A stretch of DNA of 64,000 nucleotides from Macrostomum lignano (lineage: Eukaryota). Location: NCBI GenBank assembly GCA_002269645.1, contig NIVC01000035.1, positions 558,001 through 622,000 of the forward strand. Reading direction: 5' to 3'. A program made the translations under genes and the position numbers. Under the pieces are notes generated by a model. The model was not told the DNA's origin and ran no database searches. It was given only the letters and a program-made list of their open reading frames with translations. Below, piece by piece: positions 1 to 10,360 of this stretch (its first letter is position 1; each line of letters opens with the position of its first letter).

Positions 1-1249
1 CCAGTGAACTTTATCACACAGTTAAATTAACGAATTATAAATGTTGCGCACAAAAACTTAGTTTGAAGTATGCAAAGTAGCTTTAAATGTGACGAATTCT
101 AAAATATACTGGTTACAATTTCAAGATGAAAGATCATAAAAGTTTAATATGTAGCTTCTTGTAGCTCTTCGTATTAGGAAAAGTGCAAAAATTGTTCTGT
201 GGAAAGCCTTTTTATTATTTATTTGTACGCGAAAATCCAACTTTGTATGCCATTTTTCTATCACATTTTAATACTCGTATTTCTCAAAATATTTTCGCGG
301 TTTATTTTTTGTTTTAAATGAACTAAAATTTTAGTATAAATATATAGACGCGATTTTTGGCAAAGACTGAAGAGAGAACAACTTGACTCGTGTCGAGCCT
401 CGAAGCAATCTTTATTGGTTAATTGAGAAAAGCTAATAGTGAGTTCCGAATAAATATTTTAAGAAGTGTTTTTCCGAGTTAATTCATTTTATGACAAAGT
501 AAGGTAGAAGGAAGCGCATACAGTATGTACTACTGAGAAGTAGAACGTTGGAAGGAGAAGAAATACGAAGTAGATCTCGAGTCTGATCTCGGAAACGCTC
601 AGGACTGGAAAGATCATACACGCAGTACATATACCAGTAGCTATAGAGATTTAGCCCCAGTAACAACTTAGGTGGCAGCATCTAGGATAATTAAAAGAAA
701 AAACAATTAGAGCACTGTTACAGTCTTAGTATCAGCAGTGAGATTATCATTAAAGACAGAAGTTCACCCCTTTCACAACTTTGGTGACAGCTGTGGAATC
801 ATTCTAAGAGGGCAGAAGGTTAGCTTTAAGTCAGTTCATTTTCCTAAATGTTTCGAACCGGTCTCCAACAAAAATTTTGAATAGATTCAATTCGAATACG
901 ACAATGCAGGCCTGACATTGAATTCTGAAGTTAACTTGAACTTATATACGGCTCGTACATATGATATCAGGCCTGGGTCTCTATTTCGACAGTAACGACC
1001 AGCACTAAGCATACGACGGTCTTCTCTGTAAGCTCCTACTCTTGTGTTTTCCTTTCTGGACTGCCACATCTGCCAGTAGGTCTCATACTCAATTTTATTA
1101 TTACTGAGTGTCGTAACGCGTCCCTACGCTTGAGATATTCAAGCTCTGAACTACTATACTCGTATTTGTACTCATAACTGGATCGAAGGTTTCGATTTTC
1201 GCCTCGAACAGGACCCGGGCTCTACTCTGTGCATTTTTCTCAGGACCCA

Positions 1250-1830
1250 CGCTCTGCACTAAGCGGTCTAACGCCTCAGGACCTACGCTCTACTCCGTGC
1301 GTCCCAACGCCTCAGGACCTACGCTCTACTCCGTGCGTCCCAACGCCTCAGGACCTACGCTCTACTCCGTGCGTCCCAACGCCTCAGGACCTACGCTCTA
1401 CTCCGTGCGTCCCAACGCCTCAGGACCTACGCTCTACTCCGTGCGTCCCAACGTCTCAGGACCTACGCTCTACTCCGTGCGTCCCAACGCCTCAGGACCT
1501 ACGCTCTACTCTAAGTGTCTCACAACGCCTCAGGACCTACGCTCTACTCCGTGCGTCCCAACGCCTCAGGACCTACGCTCTACTCCGTGCGTCCCAACGC
1601 CTCAGGACCTACGCTCTACTCTAAGTGTCTCACAACGCCTCAGGACCCACACTCTACTCTAAGCGTCTCACAACGCCTCAGGACCCACACTCTACTCTAA
1701 GCGTCTCACAACGCCTCAGGACCTATGCTCTACTCTAAGCGTCTCACAACGCCTCAGGCCTCACACTCTACTCTAAGCGTCTCACAACGCCTCAGGACCC
1801 ACACTCTACCTAAGCGTCCCAACGCCTGGT
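1250..1830 (+). repeat. Tandem array, 36/38-bp unit
   Basis: acgcctcaggacctacgctctactccgtgcgtccca, grading into an ...ctaagcgtctcaca variant. Confidence 0.95.
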
Positions 1831-1984
1831 AACGCTACTTTATTTCATCATAGTACTAAAGCTCCCAATCCATTTGGTGCCAGTTCATACTACGAGCGTA
1901 CTATTAGTAGACTTCGGACGTCGAGACGCACAGAGTAAGCCTAAAACAGTTGGCCGTTAGAAAGCAACAACGCGGTTTTTCTTA

Positions 1985-2568
1985 GGCTACCGGACATTTG
2001 CCCTCCGGCATTTGCCCTCCGGACATTTGCCCTCGAGGACATTTGCCCTCGAGGACATTTGCCCTCGGGGACATTTGCCCTCCGGACATTTGCCCTCCGG
2101 ACATTTGCCCTCCGGACATTTGCCCTCGGGGACATTTGCCCTCGGGGACATTTCCCCTCTGGAAAAGTACAGGTAAGGCTGGGGATAGGGTAGGGCGCGG
2201 GTATATATTGCTTACTAGAAAAGGATGAGTTGTTGGCTGGAGAAGAACCTGATGGATGCAAGAGGCGGGAGGATGAGGTTGGTGCTGGAGGAACGACGGG
2301 TGGGTACAGGAGGAGGTGAGGTGAGTAATGTGCGAGGGGGTAAATTTGCAGAGGGCAAATGTGCGGAGGGGAAATGTCCGGAGGGCAAATGTCCGGAGGG
2401 CAAATGTCCGGAGGGCAAATGTCCCCGAGGGCAAATGTCCCCGAGGGGAAATGTCCGGAGGGCAAATGTCTGGAGGGGAAATGTCCCGGAGGGCAAATGT
2501 CCGGAGGGCAAACGCCGCCGAGGGGAAGTGCCGGAGGGGAAGTGCCGGAGGGCAAATGTCCGGAAGCG
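1985..2568. mobile_element. Foldback MITE with arrays of subterminal repeats, MULE/Mutator-like
   Basis: Left arm is (GGACATTTGCCCTCC)n and right arm is (GGAGGGCAAATGTCC)n. Termini ggctaccggacatttg...caaatgtccggaagc. Direct repeat GTTTTTCTTA at 1975-1984 and 2568-2577 (9-10 bp TSD). Confidence 0.85.
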
Positions 2569-3078
2569 TTTTTCTTATACTCGTAGTAACACTGCAGATG
2601 CAGTAATAAACGTCAAATCACAAAATAGTTTTCCACCTGCTTGCTCAGAACGCTATCAAATAAAGGCAATTTTAAGTTGTACATATTTTTCCGACGGCAC
2701 TGCATGGGCTCCATAGCTTTAAAAATTAGTTATCCAATCCTACTTCAGTATTCGGAATTTTTTTCGTCCACTTCTTTCTACGGTTGCTATCGGCCGCTAT
2801 CAAGAGACGATCCATTTTGACTATAGATTTATGTGCACTCAATAAATTGTTGATGTCGATGAGAAAATGACACGTTTCGTTATAAAAACAAGCTACCATT
2901 CTGATTGCCGAAGTATCAAATTTTTATCTTTGACATGCCAGCTTTGACAGCTTTCTCACGATAAACCATTTTCGACCCTAACCCGTGATTATAACAAGCC
3001 GAAACTTCTTTCGGTTGGAGTACTTTTCTAAGATTTAACAGTCTTCGGAGAGTTTAATTCTGGTACTTTTACATCAAA

Positions 3079-4235
3079 ATGCTGTCAGTCAACGGAAAAT
3101 CGCTAATTGTTTTAGTTGCTTTGGCTACTACAACAATTTGCACTGCGGTTCCTGCTGAGGAGGAAATCGCTGTTTGTAAGTTCTTCATTGTCAAATGATG
3201 GACCATTTAACAGTGTCATATTTGCTGCATTTGTCTTTTTCTCCTCGTGCACCTATCTTCTTATTGTGCACCTTCCTTATTCTTGTGCACCTCCCTTCTT
3301 CTTGTGCACCTTCCTTATTCTTGTGCACCTCCCTTCTTCTTGTGCACCTCCCTTCTTGTGAACCTCCCTTCTTGTGCACCTCCCTTCTTGTGAACCTCCC
3401 TTCTTGTGCACCTCCCTTCTTGTGAACCTCCCTTCTTGTGCACCTCCCTTCTTCTTGTGCACCTCCCTTCTTCTTGTGCACCTCCCTTCTTCTTGTGCAC
3501 CTCCCTTCTTCTTGTGCACCTCCCTTCTTCTTGTGCACCTCCCTTCTTCTTGTGCACCTTCCTTCTTTTACTTGTACATCTGTTTTACATGTATTTTGCT
3601 GCACCTCACTTAAAAACTCTTATTCTGCCATCTGCAACTTGCAGCCACAACCAGCTTTGATGCCACTCCGTCAAACTCCAATCCTATATCGCATATGGCG
3701 CTGGAGATTGCCGAAATTCTCAAAGTCTCTGCACCATCTGGAGTGATCTGCAACAGCTGCCTCATCAAGTCGTGGAAGAAACGCGACAATGAAATCAATC
3801 ACAGGCAGCTTCCAGTGTCCATGATACCGTCAATTGTCAGTCAATACCCAGCGGATATGCAGCAGGCGCTCATGATGGGCTGGATGAGTTCGGACATGAA
3901 CTGGGTTGACTAGTAAGTCACTACAGTGTACATATTTTACATCCCAGTTCCCAGCTTAGTACTCGTATTCTCGTACAAAAACTCGTAACTTTAGTAGCTA
4001 TAGAAATTATTATGCCCTAATTCATTTTAGCCACGTTAACATCCTGAAAGGCGACATGAAAGGCAATTCTAGAGGAATTTTCGTTAACAACGGCATTGTG
4101 GACATTGTCTTCATGAACGTCGAGATCCAAGCGGAACTGGTGCCGAAGAACCGGGATCACTACACTCACGAGGTCAATGCCATAGCGAGAACGGTGCAGG
4201 CCGAGGCCGTGAAGGTCTACCGGGAGATCGCTTAG
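3079..4235 (+). CDS. Orphan secreted protein, 189 aa, 3 exons (3079-3175, 3645-3912, 4031-4235)
   Basis: Hydrophobic N-terminus MLSVNGKSLIVLVALATTTICTA. GT-AG junctions t|gtaagt...cag|cc and ta|gtaagt...ttttag|c give one open frame of 570 nt. AATAAA at 4271-4276. No family recognised. Confidence 0.75.
3240..3565 (+). repeat. Tandem array, 16/19-bp unit (intron 1 of the secreted-protein gene)
   Basis: cacctcccttctt(ctt)gtg. Confidence 0.95.
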
Positions 4236-4571
4236 AACAATAGCAATCTACTCTGACAATATTCAATTGAAATAAACAAAAAACTTAGGCAATTATGATA
4301 CTTTGCTCAACCACTGGCACAGTTTTTGTGGCAATGGGTTTAACAATAACTTTTAACATGTATGTAGTAGGGCATCGTTTAGGAGCGAAATAGAATTTGC
4401 TTTTACACTATTGATAGTAGTTTCTAGTTGCTTCACTAAATTTATCTATCAACTAAACCAGTCCACTAAAAAACTAAGAATCAGGGGCGTCACCATGGAT
4501 TTTATGGTGGGGCGGACAAAGTCAAGAATTCTGTATGTACATGTACCATCATTGTCAGAATCGGGGGTTGT

Positions 4572-5712
4572 CGGCACTCACTTTAGCACCGCAGGCACTC
4601 ACTTTAGCACCGCAGGCACTCATTTTAGCACCGCAGGCACTCATTTTAGCACCGCAGGCACTCACTTTAGCGCCGCAGGCTCTCACTTTAGCACCGCAGG
4701 CACTCATTTTAGCACAGCAGGCACTCATTTTAGCGCCGCAGGCTCTCACTTTAGCACCGCAGGCACTCATTTTAGCACAGCAGGCACTCATTTTAGCACC
4801 GCAGGCACTCACTTTAGCACCGCAGGCACTCATTTTAGCACCGCAGGCACTCATTTTAGCACCGCAGGCACTCACTTTAGCGCCGCAGGCTCTCACTTTA
4901 GCACCGCAGGCACTCATTTTAGCACAGCAGGCACTCATTTTAGCGCCGCAGGCTCTCACTTTAGCACCGCAGGCACTCATTTTAGCACAGCAGGCACTCA
5001 TTTTAGCGCCGCAGGCACTCATTTTAGCACCGCAGGCACTCATTTTAGCACCGCAGGCACTCACTTTAGCACAGCAGGCTCCATTTTAGCACCGCAGGCA
5101 CTCACTTTAGCACCGCAGGCACTCATTTTAGCACCGCAGGCGGGACTCACTTTAGCACCGCAGGCGGGACTCACTTTAGCACCGCAGGCACTCACTTTAG
5201 CACCGCAGGCACTCACTTTAGCACCGCAGGCACTCACTTTAGCACAGCAGGCTCCATTTTAGCACCGCAGGCTCCATTTTAGCACCGCAGGCACTCATTT
5301 TAGCACAGCAGGCACTCATTTTAGCACAGCAGGCACTCACTTTAGCACCGCAGGCTCCATTTTAGCACCGCAGGCACTCACTTTAGCACAGCAGGCTCCA
5401 TTTTAGCACCGCAGGCACTCACTTTAGCACCACAGGCTCCATTTTAGCACCGCAGGCACTCACTTTAGCACAGCAGGCTCCATTTTAGCACCGCAGGCAC
5501 TCACTTTAGCACAGCAGGCTCCATTTTAGCACCGCAGGCACTCACTTTAGCACAGCAGGCTCCATTTTAGCACCGCAGGCACTCACTTTAGCACAGCAGG
5601 CACTCATTTTAGCACAGCAGGCACTCACTTTAGCACCGCAGGCTCCATTTTAGCACCGCAGGCACTCATTTTAGCACAGCAGGCTCCACTTTAGCACCGC
5701 AGGCTCCATTTT
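4572..5712 (+). repeat. Tandem array, 21-bp unit (intergenic)
   Basis: gcactca(c/t)tttagcaccgcag. Confidence 0.95.
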
Positions 5713-6266
5713 TTGTCGCCCTGAAGCAACATCATTGATTTCCATAACAGATCAACAAAGGTGGGCAGGGGGAACAAAGCATTGGCATGTCCCACCCATA
5801 GATTTTACTGGAGGAACATGTCCCCCCTGACTACTCACATAAGTAGACCTATAAAATAATTTTTAAAAAACAAGACTCAAAAAATCGCAGATCCAATTAC
5901 ATCCTGAAGTCAATGGCTTAGTTTCATAACACAATCGAAAAAATGCATTAACGCAATGCATTTACTCGAATTTATTGACAATTAATTATTTATGCGTGTT
6001 TATTTACTGTTTAATTTTACAACAAACCGCAGCTGCTCTGCAACAAGATGAAATAATAAACTTACTCATTACCAGCTACAGTATCGATAATGAAGGTACA
6101 AATTTTATGTTAATTAAAGTTGAAACGCAATTCGGCTTAGTAACTATATACTGTTACTACTATTATTATCAGACAAACCCGGCAGATCAATATTCACAGT
6201 AAAAAATGATAAATATAACAAAAAAATAATGAATGAATGATCGAGTCAATTGTTGCAGATTGTTAA

Positions 6267-9200
6267 TTAGTTAAACTTCCACCGGTGACCGCACTCGTTG
6301 CACAGCACAAAGGTGGTCATTGGCTCATCAGCCGATCTGGTCTGCAGCTGATTATAAGTGCAATTGTTCTTCTTGCACTTGCCGCACTTCAACATATCGG
6401 TAGACGTGCCGCTGTTCATCGACATCTGGTGATCATCGATTGCTTCCTTGGTCAGCCGCTCCCTGAGCTTGCGCATATCGTCCGATGCCATCTCTTCCGC
6501 GCTCATCTTGGCAAACTGCGCCGGGGAGATATTCCCCATGAGGACGCAGTAGCGCAGATTAGGATTCTTCGTGTCGCGAAGGTTCATCACCCTGCTGCGG
6601 ATTCGATTCTTGTATTTCATGTCCAGCTTCGAGCCAGTCTCCAGGTGGACGCAGGTCTCAATCTCGGCGGCAAGGTAATTGGGCTCGTATGCTCCGGATG
6701 GGATTGTGTCTGATTCGAGTGCCTGGGTTCGGGTGGGGAGTTGGGAGAACTTGAATACTTAATTATTATCATTGGAACACTGATTAGGACAGGTGTGTGG
6801 GGATCACTGATTAGGACAGGTGTGTGGGGATCACTGATTAGGACAGGGGTGTGGGGATCACTGATTAGGACAGGGGTGTGGGGATCACTGATTAGGACAG
6901 GTGTGTGGGGAATTGGGATCACTGATTAGGACAGGTGTGTGGGGATCACTGATTAGGACAGGTGTGGGGATCACTGATTAGGACAGGTGTGTGGGGATCA
7001 CTGATTAGGACATAAAGAATCTATAATAGACAGGAAATATTGCGAATATTTTCAAATAAAAGAAGAGAAAGTACTTTACAAAAAACTGCTAACCTGTTGC
7101 AGCATTTCGCGGCACTTCAGCCGAACTGAATCGGTGGTTCGCAGTCTCTCGGACTCTTTAAAAGTGACGGCTGGAGCGGCTATGGCGGTGGTGGCGCCTT
7201 CGCTGCTTCCATTTGGACTGGCCTCTTCGTCTGCATCGACGCGAGGTCGTTTAGCCTCAGTGGTGTCGGCTCCGCTGCCATTCTCATCAGCTGTCGGTGA
7301 CGGCGCAGCAGCGGCAGCGGCCTGCTGTTGTTGCTGGGCAGAATCCAACAGCTTCTTCCATTTCTTAATAAGCTGTCGGGCTTCGGACAGCAGAGTGTCG
7401 GATTTGAGTCCGCGACGCAGACGATTCACAATAATGCCAAGGCCGGTTTTCTGCAGCACAGCTATGGTGATGCTGGCCTCGCGCAGCTGGGACAGGTAGC
7501 GGGCCACCTTGGCCTCATCCTGGGAGATTTAGACAGTTTGGTGCAATGGTTCTTTTCAAGGTATACGGATTAAGCTCTACATTTTTAGCAAATAATAAAA
7601 CTGTAGGGGCCATAGCCCAGTGGTCTAAATTCCTATGTTCCAGCGGCCCAGGCTTGATTCCAAGTGCAGTCGCATTAATTTGTGGATAGCTTAATTGGAA
7701 TCTCGGCTTGGCTCTGCTTGTGCAATTACTGGCCTTGAAGGCCAACCCAAAGGCACAGTGAAGTGTGCATGCCTAACAATCAAGTTAGGTCTGCTCTACA
7801 CTCTTGTGTCAGTGTGTAGTAGTGTGCCTAGCCCTATTGCAGCGCATGGCTTAAGTACGCCAGACGCCTACACAACCTGCGCCACGCTGTGAAATGACTT
7901 ACCTGTGAAAGAAACCTAAAGCAAAGTTAACGCAGTTTTGGGTAAACGGCAGGAGTAACTATGACTGTCTTATCAAGCCTAAATGCCTCGGCATCTAATT
8001 AGTACTGCGCCGCGCCATACTAATCGCCGCGCGCGTATGCGCCGCGCCGCGCCATATTAGATCCGCGCCGGACGCCGTCCGCCAAAATGCCCATGCGCTG
8101 CAATCAGGGTGCCTAGGTGAATATGAATAAATACATGTCTATATGCTTGCGTGCCTGCTCAAGAGAGTTGGCAGAATGGGTGGTAATGTGTTTTGCTAGT
8201 TGTGTAATAATGTCACTTAGTTGCGCTCAAAGCATAGGCAAATGAAAACAAAGAGCAAGAACCCTGAAGGAGGCAATTGAAGAGTTGAGGAAAAAGAGCA
8301 TTCTGAATAAAGTGGCATATTAGGATAAAACATAGTCTTTTGCCTCTATATTATTTTGTATATATGAATATGTATAATATGTGTAATTGAAGATAGAAGC
8401 TAAAGGGGTATCTACCTCTTTTGGTAAATAAAAAAGATCCAAGAAAAAAAATACTAAGGATAAGAAATAATTTTATTAAAGTATACATTTAGTAATTTAC
8501 TTTCTATTTCCTTTGACCAAAGCTTTATTTAAGTTTGGGTCTCTATCTTGAAGCTTATATTTAAATGATCTTTTGTAAGAGAACTTAACATTTTTTTAAT
8601 TTTAGAAATACAAAGCAAAGATTTTTTGTGAATAGTTTTTTAAACTAGTTTCTAAGAGCCATTTTTATAAGAGACAATATAGGCCCTCCTAGTTTATCAT
8701 TATCTAATACAAGCAATACAAAACACTTTTTAAGTTTTTCTTTATTTTTATTTTAGTAATTTCATTGCAAAGTTATTCATTAGGCTTAGTTTTTACTAAA
8801 ATTAGCTTTTTATATTAGGCCTATTCACGGCTATTGATATTGGCAAGTCATAGGCCTAAGATTGGCTAAGAACAGGTCTAAGACCCTCATTAAATAAAGT
8901 CCTTATGAGTTATGACCCCAATCATTGATTTAATCAAGTTAGGTCTAATAAACAATAATATAATTTAAGGCCTAACATTCTAAATAAATTTAGCTAAACT
9001 AAACCAGAAAAGATGAAGACAACTATTAATAATCTATGTATCATTTATTTTGTATTTATTTCAACAAGCATAATTGAAGTTCTAATCTAAGATGCTATTG
9101 CTAGCTTTAGTAAATAGAAATTTAGTCTAGAATAGACCTTACTTACATACTAATACTAATAATACTAGGCCTAGGTTAGGTTTTTATACTAATGTAGTAT

Positions 9201-9562
9201 ATATAAAAAATTATAAGCTAAGTAAGAAAATTTAAAAAAACTTATTAAATTAAATAGGCCCCTATATTTTAAAGTTGTCATGTAAATGATGCAAGGCCTA
9301 GACCAAAAATGGATATATATACTACAAGTCTAATATACTCTAACTTTTTTGCCTAGTCCTTGATGATTATAATACTAATAGTCAAATACTTTCTTGAGAA
9401 GGCCTAATAGGCAATAGTTGCAGACATGAGGCATGAAAATAAAATCAAAACAGCTTTAGAGCCAGAGGTTAACTTTCTAGGCCTACTTACAATTTTATTC
9501 TTGGTAGTCATTTTCTCCAACTTCTTGGCAATTCGCTGGTAGTCTATTCCATCAACAGACAT
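6267..9562 (-). CDS. TCEA1: Transcription elongation factor TFIIS, 317 aa, 3 exons (9562-9491, 7519-7094, 6722-6267)
   Basis: N-terminal domain [18 protein letters not shown]...LQKTGLG, central domain [15 protein letters not shown], Zn ribbon with the canonical [24 protein letters not shown]. Both introns are phase 0 with GT-AG ends. Confidence 0.96.
6778..7012 (+). repeat. Tandem array, 27-bp unit (TFIIS intron 2)
   Basis: ctgattaggacaggtgtgtggggatca. Confidence 0.95.
7832..8109. mobile_element. MITE with 18/19-bp TIRs and a 7-8 bp TSD, carrying a 28S rRNA fragment
   Basis: TIRs CCCTATTGCAGCGCATGG (7832-7849) and CCATGCGCTGCAATCAGGG (8091-8109); (G)TGCCTAG duplicated at 7824/5-7831 and 8109/10-8116. 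Confidence 0.85.
7940..8010 (+). pseudogene. Degenerate 28S rRNA fragment (R2/I-PpoI target region)
   Basis: GGGTAAACGGCAGGAGTAACTATGACTGTCTTATCAAGCCTAAATGCCTCGGCATCTAATTAGT versus the conserved 28S sequence GGGTAAACGGCGGGAGTAACTATGACTCTCTTAAGGTAGCCAAATGCCTCGTCATCTAATTAGT (recalled). Confidence 0.88.
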
Positions 9563-9599
9563 TTTTACACTGGCTAGGTATAGTAGAAGCTCAGATAGA

Positions 9600-10340
9600 G
9601 ATAGATGGACAAGAGAAACAAAGCCAAAGACAATTCCAGTTGTTTGAAATTTATAGTATATAAGAAAAGCTAGGCCTAGGCCTGCGAAAAGCAGTATTTA
9701 TTAAGTGATAGTATAAGCTTAATTATAGTTCGTAGAGAAATAACAAAGTAAAATTAAGATTTGACCGTGGTGAAGATCACCATTAACTTCGATTAAAAGA
9801 CTGGTTCGTGTAGTGTGACATTCGCTTGTGCGTTTTAAGACTACGCACACAAAAACAGACACAAAAAGCACACGAGAATATAGGAGTTACTCTATAAAGC
9901 TCTAAATTATGAACCATAGAGTTTTAAATCTTAAAAAAAATTGCAAAGCAACGAAGGATTTGTTTAACCAGTTTTCGTGTAAATACATCGCGCGCAATTT
10001 CAAGATTACGTGTCACAATGCGCTCGCTTTTAACTCAATACATTTTCCTTCGACTGATCGTGTCGCGTACGCAGTGTTTTAATAGTTTACTCGGCTGTTA
10101 GGAGGAGTTTTAATTCATTCAGACGAAACATTTATCCTTGATAAAAATTACTGCAAGTCTTTATCTTACCTTTTAGGAGGAAAATATACATGTAAAATTG
10201 TAAATCTTTATCTTTCTAAGACTAAGTTTTTAATTTTATCTAAAACATTTTTATGTGCCCCGTGTGATTATTTTGCCCTGAATTAATTACCAAGTGATTA
10301 TATTTAAGAACTACTTAACAGCGCTATAGAGGCTAAAAAC
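9600..10340. promoter_or_regulatory. Putative bidirectional promoter/5'UTR region between head-to-head TFIIS and HYOU1
   Basis: Divergent start codons at 9562 (-) and 10361 (+) are about 800 bp apart, with a CpG-containing patch at about 9780-10100. No specific element verified. Confidence 0.45.
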
Positions 10341-10360
10341 TCATTCGATTTATTGTAATA

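Larger units (their letters stand above)
7606..8230 (+). mobile_element. tRNA-headed SINE family A, copy 1, interrupted by a MITE at 7832-8109
   Basis: Head ggggccatagcccagtggtc...ggcttgattcc (A/B-box-like); body caagtgcagtc...ggcttggctctgct...cacagtgaagtgt shared with the other copies; 3' part gtgcctgctcaag..gaatggg resumes at about 8150. Confidence 0.8.

Noticed and set aside
545-680. Possible plus-strand exon (KEKKYEVDLESDLGNAQDWKDHTRSTY...)
   Set aside because: No convincing splice sites or partner exons in the window, and no recognisable homology.
4480-5725. hAT MITE enclosing the 21-bp array (CAGGGGCGTCACC ... GTCGCCCTG)
   Set aside because: The terminal match is short and imperfect, and there is no target-site duplication.
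7606-7680. tRNA genes at the SINE heads (also 34131, 36080, 39741, 41820)
   Set aside because: They have only degenerate A/B boxes with no complete cloverleaf, and each is fused to a shared SINE body.
7940-8010. Functional rRNA gene
   Set aside because: Only about 70 nt, diverged at conserved positions, and embedded in a MITE.
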